64,000 nt of DNA from a bacterium. Lineage in GTDB: Bacteria > Bacillota_I > Bacilli_A > Acholeplasmatales > JAEDCM01. The DNA is taken from contig JAILKD010000065.1 in the NCBI GenBank assembly GCA_024694145.1, forward strand, positions 1,280-65,279, in the 5' to 3' direction. Positions 1 through 10,322 of the stretch are shown one piece after another; within the stretch, counting starts at the first letter, position 1, and each line of letters begins with the position of its first letter. A program made the position numbers and the translations under genes. The notes below the pieces were generated by a model that made no database searches, had not been told where the DNA came from, and was given only the letters and a program-made list of their open reading frames with translations.

Positions 1-352
1 CATTATCTTCCATTACTTTACAGAATAAGGAGTCTACTTCATCAATACGCTCTAAGCATTTAACTCCACCAAAAGAATGACTCCATCCTTTTTTAGATGG
101 TAAAAAGTCTTTTAAAGCAAAAGGAACGCCAGCGAATAATCCGCAGTATTCGCCTTTATCAAGCCTTTTTTGAAGTTTTTCAGCCTCAATATATGCATAA
201 TCAAATTTTGTATAAACAAACGCATTAACACTATTGTTATAATTATTAATTCTATCAATAAAATAATCTAGAACTTCTTTTGGAGTAAGTTTTTTATCAT
301 TAACTAACTTACCTATTTCTAAGGCAGATAAATACTCTAATTTTAAATTCAT
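1..352 (-). CDS. Amidase-signature family amidase (GatA-like), N-terminal part; the gene runs off the window start
   Basis: ATG at 352 on the minus strand. My translation is MNLKLEYLSALEIGKLVNDKKLTPKEVLDYFIDRINNYNNSVNAFVY...LFAGVPFALKD, a typical amidase N-terminus. It lies directly downstream of the 354-1211 gene. Confidence 0.6.
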   Translation of the reverse strand, partial: MNLKLEYLSALEIGKLVNDKKLTPKEVLDYFIDRINNYNNSVNAFVYTKFDYAYIEAEKLQKRLDKGEYCGLFAGVPFALKDFLPSKKGWSHSFGGVKCLERIDEVDSLFCKVMEDN

Positions 353-353
353 T

Positions 354-1211
354 TTATTCACCCACCTTATCTAAATCTATTCTTGATGGATCTTTTTTAA
401 TTTCCATTAATCTACAGTAATCTAGGTAATCTTTACCTACACCTTCACTTTGCCACTTCTTACATATTCTATAACCAAATGGAGAGAAAATCATTTCACA
501 AGCTAGTTCTATTAATGCTCCAAGAGTAGCTATACCTATTAATGTAGGTAATGTATAAAATTTAGCAAACACACTAAAAGCTAGTGTTCCAAAAACAAAA
601 TTATCAACAAATTGACCTATTGTTGTACTTACATAACTTCTACAATAAAAGGCTGATTTCCCATCAGGATTATTTTTAAATAGTTTTCCAAACAATCCAT
701 TTACTATTGCATTAACAATACCTGAAGCTATATAAGCTATAGTTGATGATAAAAGTATTTGCCATGGTTGTGGAGCTGATAGTGCTTCAAAGCCAAATAC
801 AGTATCAAAAAATGTAGATGCTCCTTCATAAGGATATTTGGCAGGAAACAAGGCAATTAATGCTAAAAATATAACTGCAAAAGCATTGATTAAGGCTCCA
901 AGAAGCGTTAATTTGATACTTGCTTTTATACCATATGTTTTAGTAATTATATCCATAAGTAAGAATATTAACCATGATAAGAATATTCCTCCTGTTATAG
1001 ATATAAAAGGTGTACCATTAACAACTAGTCCACTCCAAACAATCTTATTTGCAGCTAGATTCATTGTTATTGTTGCCATAATAAATAACATTGTAACAAG
1101 CCCTGGAATACTTCTAAGTAACTTCTTCCAGTCCTTAAAATCAAATAGCCATTTACATGTATCAGATATCCAAAGTCCAAGTAGTTTAAATGGGTTTTTA
1201 GTTTTTTCCAT
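354..1211 (-). CDS. yhhQ: Queuosine-precursor transporter, YhhQ/VUT (DUF165) family membrane protein
   Basis: 285-aa polytopic membrane protein. It has the family motifs LMDIITKTYG and GQFVDNFVFGTLAF. SD AAGGAGG sits 7 nt upstream, and a preQ1-like leader precedes the gene. Confidence 0.65.
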   Translation of the reverse strand: MEKTKNPFKLLGLWISDTCKWLFDFKDWKKLLRSIPGLVTMLFIMATITMNLAANKIVWSGLVVNGTPFISITGGIFLSWLIFLLMDIITKTYGIKASIKLTLLGALINAFAVIFLALIALFPAKYPYEGASTFFDTVFGFEALSAPQPWQILLSSTIAYIASGIVNAIVNGLFGKLFKNNPDGKSAFYCRSYVSTTIGQFVDNFVFGTLAFSVFAKFYTLPTLIGIATLGALIELACEMIFSPFGYRICKKWQSEGVGKDYLDYCRLMEIKKDPSRIDLDKVGE

Positions 1212-1234
1212 AATTATTCCTCCTTAAGGAAATA

Positions 1235-1263
1235 AAAAAGAGTGCAACTAAAAAACACTCTTT
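1235..1263 (-). terminator. Intrinsic terminator in the yhhQ leader (likely riboswitch expression platform)
   Basis: Minus strand reads AAGAGTG-TTTTTTAGTTG-CACTCTT followed by TTTTTATTT. It lies between the aptamer-like element and the SD. Confidence 0.6.
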
Positions 1264-1270
1264 AATGGTT

Positions 1271-1310
1271 CCCTAGTTTTATTTATAGATAGGATGGTTC
1301 TCGAACTATC
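1271..1310 (-). promoter_or_regulatory. Candidate preQ1-I riboswitch aptamer
   Basis: Minus strand reads GATAG-TTCGAGAACCATC-CTATC-TATAAATAAAACTAGGG. This resembles B. subtilis queC preQ1-I (AGAGG-TTCTAGCTACAC-CCTCT-ATAAAAAACTAAGG): a 5-bp P1, UUC after P1, an A-rich tail and a CUAGG end. It is upstream of a YhhQ-type transporter, a known preQ1 regulon member. Confidence 0.5.
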
Positions 1311-1364
1311 TTATTTATTTAACAAACTTATTATAACATAATAAATATTTAAGTAAAGAGGGAA

Positions 1365-1391
1365 ACAAAAAAATCGGACGAGCCGATTTTT
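1365..1391 (-). terminator. Intrinsic terminator after the LRR lipoprotein gene
   Basis: Minus strand has stem ATCGG/CCGAT with a 5-nt loop and flanking A and T runs (bidirectional shape). It starts right after the stop at 1392. Confidence 0.7.
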
Positions 1392-4001
1392 TTATTCAGT
1401 TATCCAGATGGTTGGAATACCATCAACATAATGCCAGTAATTACCAGCTATAGTTGGTTTAGTTTCACTATAAAAATAAACTATTGCTATTGTATCATTA
1501 CTAATAGCTTCATTCCATTCAATAGATGTTCCGGTATAGAATATATCAAATATTCCACAACCTTTAAATGCAAGAAGTTCAATTCTTGTTACGGTTTTTG
1601 GGATTATTAAGTCATCTAGTGATGTGTAATTTTTAAAAGCTTCGATATCGATTTCTATAACACTATTTGGAATTATTGTGCTTTTACATCCAACAATTAA
1701 TTTATTATTTGCTATTTCAATTATTGCATTACAATTATTTCTTGAATCATATACTGTATTATTTTCATCTACAATAATACTAGATAGGCTACTACAACCA
1801 GTAAATACTCTACCATCGATACTTGTAACACTTTCTGGAATTGTTATACTTTCTAGTGATGTGCAATTATTAAATGCAGCGAATTCAATTTTTTCTAATC
1901 CATTATTCAAATTTATTGTTTTTAGCGATGTGCATCCATTAAATGCATTATTACCAATAACAGTAACACTTTCTGGAATTGTTATACTTTTTAGTGATGT
2001 GCAATCTTTAAAAGCTTCGCTATTGATTTCTATAACACTATTTGGAATTATTGTGTTTTTACATCCATAAATTAATTTATTATTTGCTATTTCAATTATT
2101 GCATTACAGTTGTTTCTTGAATCATATACTGTATTATTTTCATCCACTTTAATACTAGATAGGCTACTACAACCAGTAAATACTCTACCATCGATACTTG
2201 TAACACTTTCTGGAATTGTTATACTTTCTAGTGATGAGCAATCTTTAAATGTATAAGTTTCTATTGTTGTTATGTTATTTGGAATGGTAATATTCTTTAG
2301 TGATGTGCAGTTATCAAATGCGCTATCACCGATTCTTGTGACGCTATTTGGAATTACTATACTTTCTAGCGATGAGCAATTTTCAAACACTCTTGACATA
2401 ATTTCTGTGGTGCTACTTGGAATTACTATGCTATTTAGTGATGTGCAGCCTCTAAAAGCATACTCGAATATTGTTGTAAGACCATCTTGTATTATTACAC
2501 TCTTTAGTGATGCACAATCCATAAACGCGTTACCACAAATTTCTATAACGCTACCTGGAATTGTTATACTCTCTAATGATTTATTATTTTCAAAAGCATA
2601 CCCGCCAATTTTTGTAACACTATTCGGAATGATTGTGCTTTTACATCCAATAATTAATATGTTGTTTTCTGTATCTATTATTGCATTACAATTATTTCTT
2701 GAATCATATGCTGTATTGTTCTCATCTACTATAATGCTATATAAACTACTACAACCACTAAATGCTTTATAATAGATATTTGTAACACTTTCTGGAATTA
2801 TAATACTTTCTAGTGATGTGCAATCTTTAAATGCACTTTCACCAATTGTTTTTACTCCTTCTGGAATTGTTATACTTTTTAATGATTTACAACCATTAAA
2901 TGCATCGTAACCAACTTCTTTGATATCTTCTGGTATAATGGTATTCTTACAGCCAACAATTAATTGGTCATAATCAGTTTTTATAATTGCATTACAATTA
3001 TTTCTTGAGTCATATGCTGTATTATTTTCATCTACTTTAATACTAGATAGGCTACTACAACCATTAAATGCTCCACCATCGATACTTGTAACACTTTCTG
3101 GAATTGTTATGCTTTCTAGTGATGTGCATCCTTCAAATGCATCAGAACCAATAATTTTTATACCGTTTAATATATTTGTTGCTTTACATCCAACAATTAA
3201 TTTGTTAGTTGATTTCTCTATTATTGCATTACAATTATTTCTTGAGTCATATACTGTATTATTTTCATCCACTTTAATACTAGATAGACTATTACATCCA
3301 TTAAATGCACCACTTTTAATATATGTAGTACTCTTTGGAATAATAATTTCTTTTAAATATTTACAATCTTTAAAAGCATTACTATTAATACTTTCTACTC
3401 CATCTGGAATAGTTACTTCAGTGATGTTTTTATCTTTTACTCCATTAATAGTAGTTCCATAGTTACTATATATTAAAACTTCTTCATACATTGCTTTAAA
3501 TTCCATAGAGCTTTCTATAGTAACGTTTTTAACCGTATTTCCTTTACTATCAAAAATCAATTTACCTCTATAACTCCATCCAGCAAATATATAATCTTTC
3601 TTTTTTACATCAAAACTAAATAAAGATTTATCAATTTTATCAGTTTTGATTGTTTTAATATCACTTGTTGATGTTCCACCATCTAAATTGAAACTAATTG
3701 TATATGGCAAATCAGTTTTATCATACTGCGCAACATAAGTTGTATCAGAATGTATTTCGCTTAATTCTGGGCTCCATCCACTAAAAGTATATGAATAATT
3801 GTCATCATTACTTCTTGTTGGAGTAGTTAAAGAATAAACTGGAACATCTCCTTCTTTTACACTTGTTTTATATAGCAAAGAATCATCATAATCAACAAAA
3901 GTTGCATCAAAAAACTTTTCTTTTGTTTTGCTTTTTTTACCACATGAAAAAAGCAAAAAAGACATTAATAATATTGAAGTTACCTTACATATTTTCTTCA
4001 T
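1392..4001 (-). CDS. Surface lipoprotein with N-terminal Listeria-Bacteroides (Flg_new) repeats and a long BspA/TpLRR-type leucine-rich repeat array
   Basis: Lipobox LLFSCGKK. YTFSGWSP...TTYVAQY and FAGWSY motifs. At least 6 repeats of the pattern SLxSIxIPxSVTxIGxxAFxxCxSL...VDENNTxYDSRNNCNAII. Confidence 0.8.
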   Translation of the reverse strand: MKKICKVTSILLMSFLLFSCGKKSKTKEKFFDATFVDYDDSLLYKTSVKEGDVPVYSLTTPTRSNDDNYSYTFSGWSPELSEIHSDTTYVAQYDKTDLPYTISFNLDGGTSTSDIKTIKTDKIDKSLFSFDVKKKDYIFAGWSYRGKLIFDSKGNTVKNVTIESSMEFKAMYEEVLIYSNYGTTINGVKDKNITEVTIPDGVESINSNAFKDCKYLKEIIIPKSTTYIKSGAFNGCNSLSSIKVDENNTVYDSRNNCNAIIEKSTNKLIVGCKATNILNGIKIIGSDAFEGCTSLESITIPESVTSIDGGAFNGCSSLSSIKVDENNTAYDSRNNCNAIIKTDYDQLIVGCKNTIIPEDIKEVGYDAFNGCKSLKSITIPEGVKTIGESAFKDCTSLESIIIPESVTNIYYKAFSGCSSLYSIIVDENNTAYDSRNNCNAIIDTENNILIIGCKSTIIPNSVTKIGGYAFENNKSLESITIPGSVIEICGNAFMDCASLKSVIIQDGLTTIFEYAFRGCTSLNSIVIPSSTTEIMSRVFENCSSLESIVIPNSVTRIGDSAFDNCTSLKNITIPNNITTIETYTFKDCSSLESITIPESVTSIDGRVFTGCSSLSSIKVDENNTVYDSRNNCNAIIEIANNKLIYGCKNTIIPNSVIEINSEAFKDCTSLKSITIPESVTVIGNNAFNGCTSLKTINLNNGLEKIEFAAFNNCTSLESITIPESVTSIDGRVFTGCSSLSSIIVDENNTVYDSRNNCNAIIEIANNKLIVGCKSTIIPNSVIEIDIEAFKNYTSLDDLIIPKTVTRIELLAFKGCGIFDIFYTGTSIEWNEAISNDTIAIVYFYSETKPTIAGNYWHYVDGIPTIWITE

Positions 4002-4034
4002 AAAATCCCCCTCTTTTTTATAAAACTAATATGA

Positions 4035-5963
4035 CTATTTTCCTTTACTTGCTTTCATTTCAAGTATAATATCTCTTAACTTCGCAGCACGTTCAAAGTC
4101 AAGCTGTTTAGCTGCTTCATACATTTCTTTTTCCAAATCCTTAATTTGCATTTTTGGATTATCTTCTAACTTCTTCTTAATAGAAATAACTTCTGGAATA
4201 GATTTAATAATAGTTTTAGGTATAATATTATGAGCTTTATTATATGCTTCTTGAATGCTTCTACGTCTATTAGTTTCATTTATAGCATATTCCATAGATT
4301 CGCTATAAGTATCTGCATACATTATAACTTTACCATTAGCATTTCTTGCGGCACGACCTATAGTTTGCACTAAGCTTCTTGAACTTCTTAAGAATCCTTG
4401 CTTATCTGCATCTAAAATTGCTACTAAAGATACTTCAGGTATATCTAGGCCTTCTCTAAGTAAGTTTATACCAACTAATACATCATATGTACCTATTCTT
4501 AAATCTCTAATTATAGATATACGTTCTAGCGATTTGATTTCTGAATGAAGATAAGCTACTTTATATCCTCTTTTTCTTAAGAACGCTGTTAAATCTTCAC
4601 TCATCTTTATAGTTAAAGTAGTTACTAAAACGCGTTCGTTAGCCATTTTTCGTTTTTCTATTTCATTAATCAAATCATCAATTTGACCCTTTTCTCCTCT
4701 AACCTCTATTACTGGGTCAAGTAATCCTGTAGGTCTAATTATTTGTTCAGTTATAGGAAAATGATGGCTTAATTCATAATCACCTGGAGTTGCTGAAACA
4801 TATAATACTTGATTAATTTTAGACATGAATTCTTCTAATCTTAGAGGCCTATTATCTAAAGCACTAGGAAGTCTAAAGCCATAATCAACTAGAGTTTGTT
4901 TTCTAGATCTATCACCATTAAACATACCTCTAACTTGAGGCAATGTAACATGTGATTCATCAACTATAAGCAAGAAATCTTTAGGAAAGAAATCTATTAA
5001 TGTTGATGGTGTCTCACCAGGTCCACGCAAAGCCAAATGTCTTGCGTAGTTTTCAACCCCACTACAAGAGCCCATTTCTTTTAACATTTCCAAGTCATAT
5101 CGAGTTCTTTGTTCTATTCTTTGAGCTTCAAGTAATTTGTTATTATCTTTAAAATATTTTATTCTTTCTTCTAATTCAGCTTCTATTCTTCTTAATGTTT
5201 CTTCCATTTTTTCTTTATTAGTCATAAAGTGAGTTGCTGGAAAAAGAACCGCTAAATCTTTTTTCATAATAGATCTACCAGTTAATACATCAAAGTTTTT
5301 AATTGATTCTATTTCATCATCAAATAGTTCTATTTTTATTCCATTAGCATGCTCATTTGGTGGAATAATATCAATAATATCTCCTCTAACTCTAAAAGTT
5401 GAACGAGTAAAATCAATATCATTTCTCTTATATTGCATTTCAACTAATTTATTTATAATGTCTTTTTTATTTATTTTTTGACCTACTCTAAGTACTAGCA
5501 TACTAGCTTTATAATCCTCAGGATCTCCTATACCATAAATACATGAAACAGATGCTACTACTATTGTATTTCTATGTTCAAGTAATGATTCAGTTGCTCC
5601 ATGTCTCATTTCATCTATCTCATCATTAATAGATGCATCCTTTTCAATATATGTATCACTACTAACAACATATGCTTCTGGTTGAAAATAATCATAATAT
5701 GAAATAAAATATTCTACCCTATCATTAGGGAAGAATTCTTTAAATTCAGAGTAAAGTTGACCTGCAAGTGTTTTATTATGTGCTAAAACAAGTGTTGGTT
5801 TATTAACACTCTTAATAACATTGGCCATAGTAAAAGTCTTACCTGAGCCAGTTACACCCATTAGGACTTGTTCTTTTACACCATTATTAATATTATCTAC
5901 TATTTTTTTAATTGCCTCAGGTTGGTCACCTGTAGGACTAAAATTAGACTTTAAATCGAACAT
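4035..5963 (-). CDS. uvrB: Excinuclease ABC subunit B
   Basis: [19 protein letters not shown]-terminus, Walker A GVTGSGKT, helicase motifs, and a C-terminal UVR domain ([15 protein letters not shown]). I prefer the ATG at 5963 (GAGGTG 7 nt upstream) over the ORF-track start at 5987. Confidence 0.95.
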   Translation of the reverse strand: MFDLKSNFSPTGDQPEAIKKIVDNINNGVKEQVLMGVTGSGKTFTMANVIKSVNKPTLVLAHNKTLAGQLYSEFKEFFPNDRVEYFISYYDYFQPEAYVVSSDTYIEKDASINDEIDEMRHGATESLLEHRNTIVVASVSCIYGIGDPEDYKASMLVLRVGQKINKKDIINKLVEMQYKRNDIDFTRSTFRVRGDIIDIIPPNEHANGIKIELFDDEIESIKNFDVLTGRSIMKKDLAVLFPATHFMTNKEKMEETLRRIEAELEERIKYFKDNNKLLEAQRIEQRTRYDLEMLKEMGSCSGVENYARHLALRGPGETPSTLIDFFPKDFLLIVDESHVTLPQVRGMFNGDRSRKQTLVDYGFRLPSALDNRPLRLEEFMSKINQVLYVSATPGDYELSHHFPITEQIIRPTGLLDPVIEVRGEKGQIDDLINEIEKRKMANERVLVTTLTIKMSEDLTAFLRKRGYKVAYLHSEIKSLERISIIRDLRIGTYDVLVGINLLREGLDIPEVSLVAILDADKQGFLRSSRSLVQTIGRAARNANGKVIMYADTYSESMEYAINETNRRRSIQEAYNKAHNIIPKTIIKSIPEVISIKKKLEDNPKMQIKDLEKEMYEAAKQLDFERAAKLRDIILEMKASKGK

Positions 5964-6210
5964 AATAAAGCACCTCAAAACCAACATTTTACATAAAAAG
6001 TATAATATTTATCTTTTAATATATTAATGATTATATAATTCAAATTTGAATCATTCTTATAATAAACTCCTTTTTCTATTATATCAAATATATACATTTT
6101 TAGCAAAAAAAGGGCATTTTGGTTAATAAAAAATTAATAAAATAGTAAAAAGCAATACTTTTCTATAAAAAAAGTCCATTTTCTATGATAAAATTAAAAC
6201 AAGAAATGAT

Positions 6211-7713
6211 GTGATATTTATGAAAAGTAAAGAAAGAATTAGGGGTGTAAGGGCTTGGATAACCTTCATTCCAACTATTATTGTAATCTTAATATTACTA
6301 ATGTTTTTAGTTGTTGTCACTGTCTTAATTAATAAAAGAAGCGAAAAAGATGCTAATGATGCTCATAAGGAAACCGAATGTATTAGTTTAGTTTCTTCTC
6401 TTCAAACAAGATCTAGTGCATCATCAGAACCTATATCTTCATTTATATATGGTCCTGCTATTCCAACAAAGTTTGAGAATAAAGAAATTCCACCAGGATC
6501 AGGCAATTATGAAAGAATTCCTGTTGAATACAAGATTAACAATATGCCTCTTTCAGGATACTTTGCTACAATAAGCAATACAGAAACTGACCCAGAAAAA
6601 GTATTTAATGAAGTTACAGATCTTATAAGAAATAATCCTATTCTTGTAAAAGATGAAGCTCAATCTGATGAGATATTAAAGCAGTTAGATGAAGTAGTTC
6701 AATATATGAAATATATGGCAAGTGTTCAAAAACAAGCAATATATGTTACATCTAAATTAGACTATAATGGTTATGTTTTCCCTAAAGAATATCTAGATAC
6801 ATTAGGAAGTTATGAATTTACTGAAAAAGAACAAGCATTAATTAATGATACTAGTGCTAATAGAAATGATGCAATAAAGGAATATGCATTAAAATTAGTT
6901 TTTGATGAAGTTTATTCAAAAGATAAAAGTTATATTGCCGATAGAATCAATACTGTTTTAGCAGAGTTAAGAGAACAAAGCGCTTCTATTGAAAATCATT
7001 CTGATAATATTGTTTGGACATTAAGAAGAACATTATGGGTATTAGTAGCTCTTATTATAATTGTTCTAATTGGATTCTTCTATTTAATGTCTAAGAAAGT
7101 TATTAGACCAATTACAAAATTTGCTAAAGATATTCAAAGAAACGAAATGCTTGATGATGAGAAGGGTTTATATGAAACTAACTTCTTAGCAAGATCATTT
7201 AATGAAATGCTTGATAAGAAGAGTGATTATGAACATAGATTAACTGCTGTTGCTGAAACTGACCCTCTTACTGGTTTTGATAACAGATATAGTTATAATA
7301 AGTTCTTAGCTAGCAAATCAGATTCTTCACATAGCACATGTATATTTATGCTAGACATTAACAATTTAAAATATGTTAATGATACATTTGGTCATGATAA
7401 AGGTGATGAATTGATTAAGAATTCTTCTCTTGCTATTAAAGAAACATTTATGACATATGAGAAAAAGAATTGTTATAGATTAGGTGGAGATGAATTTATA
7501 GCTATATTAGATAATATTAATGAAGATGAAATTGAAGGATACATTAAAAAATTCCTAGAAAAACAAAAATTATATGATGTAAGTGTTGCTATAGGTTATG
7601 CTTATACAGCTGATATTTCAAAAGTTGGTTATGAAACTTTAATGATTGAAGCGGATAAGCGAATGTATGAACACAAAAAAGAAATGAAAGCTAAAAAGGA
7701 AGAAATTTTCTAA
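6211..7713 (+). CDS. Membrane-anchored diguanylate cyclase (2 TM segments, HAMP-like linker, GGDEF domain)
   Basis: RLGGDEF active site and the DINNLKYVNDTFGHDKGD motif. Two hydrophobic segments flank a roughly 230-aa extracytoplasmic region. The start is uncertain: GTG 6211 or ATG 6220. Confidence 0.85.
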   Translation: MIFMKSKERIRGVRAWITFIPTIIVILILLMFLVVVTVLINKRSEKDANDAHKETECISLVSSLQTRSSASSEPISSFIYGPAIPTKFENKEIPPGSGNYERIPVEYKINNMPLSGYFATISNTETDPEKVFNEVTDLIRNNPILVKDEAQSDEILKQLDEVVQYMKYMASVQKQAIYVTSKLDYNGYVFPKEYLDTLGSYEFTEKEQALINDTSANRNDAIKEYALKLVFDEVYSKDKSYIADRINTVLAELREQSASIENHSDNIVWTLRRTLWVLVALIIIVLIGFFYLMSKKVIRPITKFAKDIQRNEMLDDEKGLYETNFLARSFNEMLDKKSDYEHRLTAVAETDPLTGFDNRYSYNKFLASKSDSSHSTCIFMLDINNLKYVNDTFGHDKGDELIKNSSLAIKETFMTYEKKNCYRLGGDEFIAILDNINEDEIEGYIKKFLEKQKLYDVSVAIGYAYTADISKVGYETLMIEADKRMYEHKKEMKAKKEEIF

Positions 7714-7728
7714 TTTCTTCTTTTTTTT
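7698..7728 (+). terminator. Intrinsic terminator of the diguanylate cyclase gene
   Basis: GGAAGAAAT-TTTCTA-ATTTCTTC followed by T8. It overlaps the stop codon. Confidence 0.8.
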
Positions 7729-7787
7729 GCATTTTTATCAGTAAAATCTACTTTTCAAACGTATATATAGAGTAGAGGTGATAAAAA

Positions 7788-8759
7788 ATGAATGATGTTA
7801 TATCAAATGAATATATAAATGATTTAAAACATATTAAAGAAACTATTAGACAAAATCAGAATAAAGCAATGGTTGTTGTTAATAGTGCTATGATTATGAC
7901 ATATTATGAGATTGGTACAATTATTAATAGGCGTAAAATATGGGGTAATAAATATGTACAAAAACTCTCAGAAGATCTAAAAGAGTATGGCAAAGGATAT
8001 AGTTACGACCAGTTAAAACGTATGGCTAGATTTGCAAAAGAATTTTCTGTTGATGAAATTAGGGCGCAAGCTGCGCCCCAAATACCATGGTTTACTATTA
8101 TCGAAATAATGCATAAATCTAAAAGCCACGAGGAAATATTATGGTATATTAACCAGGCACATAAAAAAGGTTGGTCTCGTTCGCAAGTTTTACATAAATT
8201 TAAGGAACAAGCATATGAACGTAACTTAATTGAACAAGACACTTCTATTTCTATCAAGAATGATTCGTCAATTAATGAGATAATAAAAGATACATATGTG
8301 TTTGATTTTTTAAACATAACTAATACTACTTCTGAAAAGAATCTAAAAGAAGCTTTATTAGATAATGTAATTGAATTCTTACATGAGCTTGGTCCTGGCT
8401 TTGCACTTATGGATAAAGAATATAAATTAGTAACTCCATCAGGCAAAACTTTCTTTATTGATTTATTAATGTATCATACAAAAATACATTGTTATATCGT
8501 TATAGAACTTAAGATTGGAGAATTTAGTCCATCTGATTTAGGTCAATTAGGATTCTATGTAAAAGCAATAGATAAACTTGAAAAAACAGATAAAGATGAA
8601 GAAACCATAGGTATATTATTATGTAAAAGTGCAGATAAAATTGTTGCAGAAACAACATTAGAATCATCTGCTATGAAAATTGGAATATCTAAATACAAAG
8701 TGTTAGAATCATTACCAGAATATTTAGAAGAAAAATTAAACAAAAAAAGAAGAGATTGA
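7788..8759 (+). CDS. YhcG-like PDDEXK nuclease domain protein (DUF1016)
   Basis: N-terminal DUF1016-like region and a C-terminal FIDLLMYHTKIHCYIVIELKIGEF core (D...ExK). Good SD (AGAGGTG). Confidence 0.75.
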   Translation: MNDVISNEYINDLKHIKETIRQNQNKAMVVVNSAMIMTYYEIGTIINRRKIWGNKYVQKLSEDLKEYGKGYSYDQLKRMARFAKEFSVDEIRAQAAPQIPWFTIIEIMHKSKSHEEILWYINQAHKKGWSRSQVLHKFKEQAYERNLIEQDTSISIKNDSSINEIIKDTYVFDFLNITNTTSEKNLKEALLDNVIEFLHELGPGFALMDKEYKLVTPSGKTFFIDLLMYHTKIHCYIVIELKIGEFSPSDLGQLGFYVKAIDKLEKTDKDEETIGILLCKSADKIVAETTLESSAMKIGISKYKVLESLPEYLEEKLNKKRRD

Positions 8760-8780
8760 GGGGTCTCTTCTTTTTCTATT
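8747..8780. terminator. Bidirectional intrinsic terminator between yhcG-like gene and rpsI
   Basis: AAGAAGAGA-TTGAGGGG-TCTCTTCTT flanked by an A-run and a T-run. Confidence 0.7.
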
Positions 8781-8825
8781 TTTAAATAACCATTTTCTAA
8801 CTTTAATTTTAATATACTGTACAAA

Positions 8826-9221
8826 TTATCTCTTAGAGAATTGAGGTGCTCTACGTGCCTTCTTAAGACCATATTTCTTTCTTTCTTTAGCACGAGGGTC
8901 TCTTGTAACCATACCAGCTGGTTTTAAAGTCTTACGTAAATCTGGATCTACTTCCATTAATGCTCTAGTAATTCCTAAACGGATTGCTCCAGCTTGTCCT
9001 GAAATACCACCGCCACATACATTAACTTCTACATCGAATTTTTCTTTTGATTCAGTTAATTCAAGTGGTTGAAGTACATCTAGTCTAATAGCTGCTGATG
9101 GAATGTAATCTTCAAATGTTCTACCGTTAATTGTAATTTTTCCCTTACCTGTAGTTAAACGTACACGAGCAATTGAGCTCTTTCTACGTCCAGTTCCTAA
9201 ATATTGAGTCTTCTTTGCCAT
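8826..9221 (-). CDS. rpsI: 30S ribosomal protein S9
   Basis: 131 aa ending in ...[12 protein letters not shown], with the [15 protein letters not shown] motif. Confidence 0.97.
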   Translation of the reverse strand: MAKKTQYLGTGRRKSSIARVRLTTGKGKITINGRTFEDYIPSAAIRLDVLQPLELTESKEKFDVEVNVCGGGISGQAGAIRLGITRALMEVDPDLRKTLKPAGMVTRDPRAKERKKYGLKKARRAPQFSKR

Positions 9222-9235
9222 AATTTCTCTTCCTC

Positions 9236-9670
9236 CTACTTAATAACCTTTAATTCCTTTGGTTGTTGTGCCTTTTGAGCATAATCAGGACCTGCATAAA
9301 CAAATAAATGTCTAAAGCATTGATCACCAAGTTTTGTGTGAGGAAGCATACCTTTAATAGCTTCTTCAACCATTCTTGTAGGGAATTTCTTCATTTGATC
9401 TTTAGCAACAGTTGCTGTTAAGCCTCCGTTGTAATCAGAATGACGGTAGTAGATTTTTTGATCCCATTTCTTACCAGTTAATTTAATTTTTTCTGCATTA
9501 ATTATGATTACGTAATCTCCACAATCGCAGTTTGGAGTAAAGATTGGTTTATTTTTACCTCTTAAAACAGCGGCTACTTGAGTTGCTAGACGACCTAAAG
9601 TCATATCTGTAGCATCTACGATAAACCATTCTCTTTGTACAGTTTGGGCACTTGCCATATAAGTTTTCAT
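9236..9670 (-). CDS. rplM: 50S ribosomal protein L13
   Basis: 144 aa, with ...REWFIVDA...[13 protein letters not shown]. Immediately upstream of rpsI. Confidence 0.97.
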   Translation of the reverse strand: MKTYMASAQTVQREWFIVDATDMTLGRLATQVAAVLRGKNKPIFTPNCDCGDYVIIINAEKIKLTGKKWDQKIYYRHSDYNGGLTATVAKDQMKKFPTRMVEEAIKGMLPHTKLGDQCFRHLFVYAGPDYAQKAQQPKELKVIK

Positions 9671-9768
9671 AGTTAGTTTTCCTCCTTAAATTTATTTTAA
9701 GGGCTTTTGTGGGTTTAAAAATGTACCATAAATAATAATATTATATTATTAACATAAAGTCAAGGTTT

Positions 9769-10266
9769 TTACATAAGTTTTATTTCTTTTAGATAATCTA
9801 AAAGACCATTTAGCCCTAAAATTATATCACTACTTGTCTTTTTGAAGTCTCCTGTATACCAAGGGTCACTTATAGATTTATTAGTTAATCCTGCAAAATC
9901 TAGTAGTAGTTTTATTTTATTATCTTTGTCACTACCTACAATCCTTAAAGTGTTACTTATATTATAACTATCAGCGCATATTAATAAATCAAAGTTATCA
10001 TAATCACTTCTTTTTAGAAGTTCTGCTCTTTTATTATCAAAGTTAGTATATTCTGTTTTACCTATACCTAAATTTAATAATTCTTTTCTAGCAGGAGGAT
10101 ATATTTTATTACCTATACCATTATAAATTTCTTCACTACTTGTAGCCCTAGATTCTATTATGAAATTATCTTTAATATTTAATTTTTCAACCATATCTTT
10201 AAATATAAATTCAGTAATAGGACTACGGCAAATATTACCATGGCATATAAATAATATTTTTATCAT
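9769..10266 (-). CDS. Low-molecular-weight protein-tyrosine phosphatase
   Basis: CHGNICRSP (CX5R-S/T P-loop) at the N-terminus and a DPWY motif near the C-terminus. 165 aa. Confidence 0.85.
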   Translation of the reverse strand: MIKILFICHGNICRSPITEFIFKDMVEKLNIKDNFIIESRATSSEEIYNGIGNKIYPPARKELLNLGIGKTEYTNFDNKRAELLKRSDYDNFDLLICADSYNISNTLRIVGSDKDNKIKLLLDFAGLTNKSISDPWYTGDFKKTSSDIILGLNGLLDYLKEIKLM

Positions 10267-10293
10267 AATAACTCCTTAAATACGAAAATTAAA

Positions 10294-10311
10294 CCTAGTA
10301 CAAGTACTAGG
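10294..10311 (-). terminator. Hairpin terminator after the giant helicase gene
   Basis: Palindrome CCTAGTAC-AA-GTACTAGG, followed on the minus strand by TTTAATTTTCG. It separates the helicase gene from the phosphatase gene. Confidence 0.5.
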
Positions 10312-10322
10312 CTTAATGTTTA

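Noticed and set aside
1678-3462. Plus-strand ORFs (1678-2070, 2272-2772, 3109-3462) inside the LRR gene
   Set aside because: These are antisense frames kept open by the repetitive, codon-biased LRR sequence. The repeated peptides mirror the sense-strand repeats. They have no SD.
5964-5987. N-terminal extensions in the ORF track (uvrB 5987, asnB 38201, carB 42488, dapL 31464, HD 51091, lipoprotein 22641, kinase 55587)
   Set aside because: Internal ATG codons have proper SD spacing and give canonical N-termini (for example MCSIMG for the Ntn amidotransferase). The upstream starts lack an SD.
8003-8893. Minus-strand ORFs 8003-8446 and 8555-8893
   Set aside because: They are antisense to the YhcG-like gene. 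The second also spans the bidirectional terminator and overlaps rpsI. They have no family resemblance.
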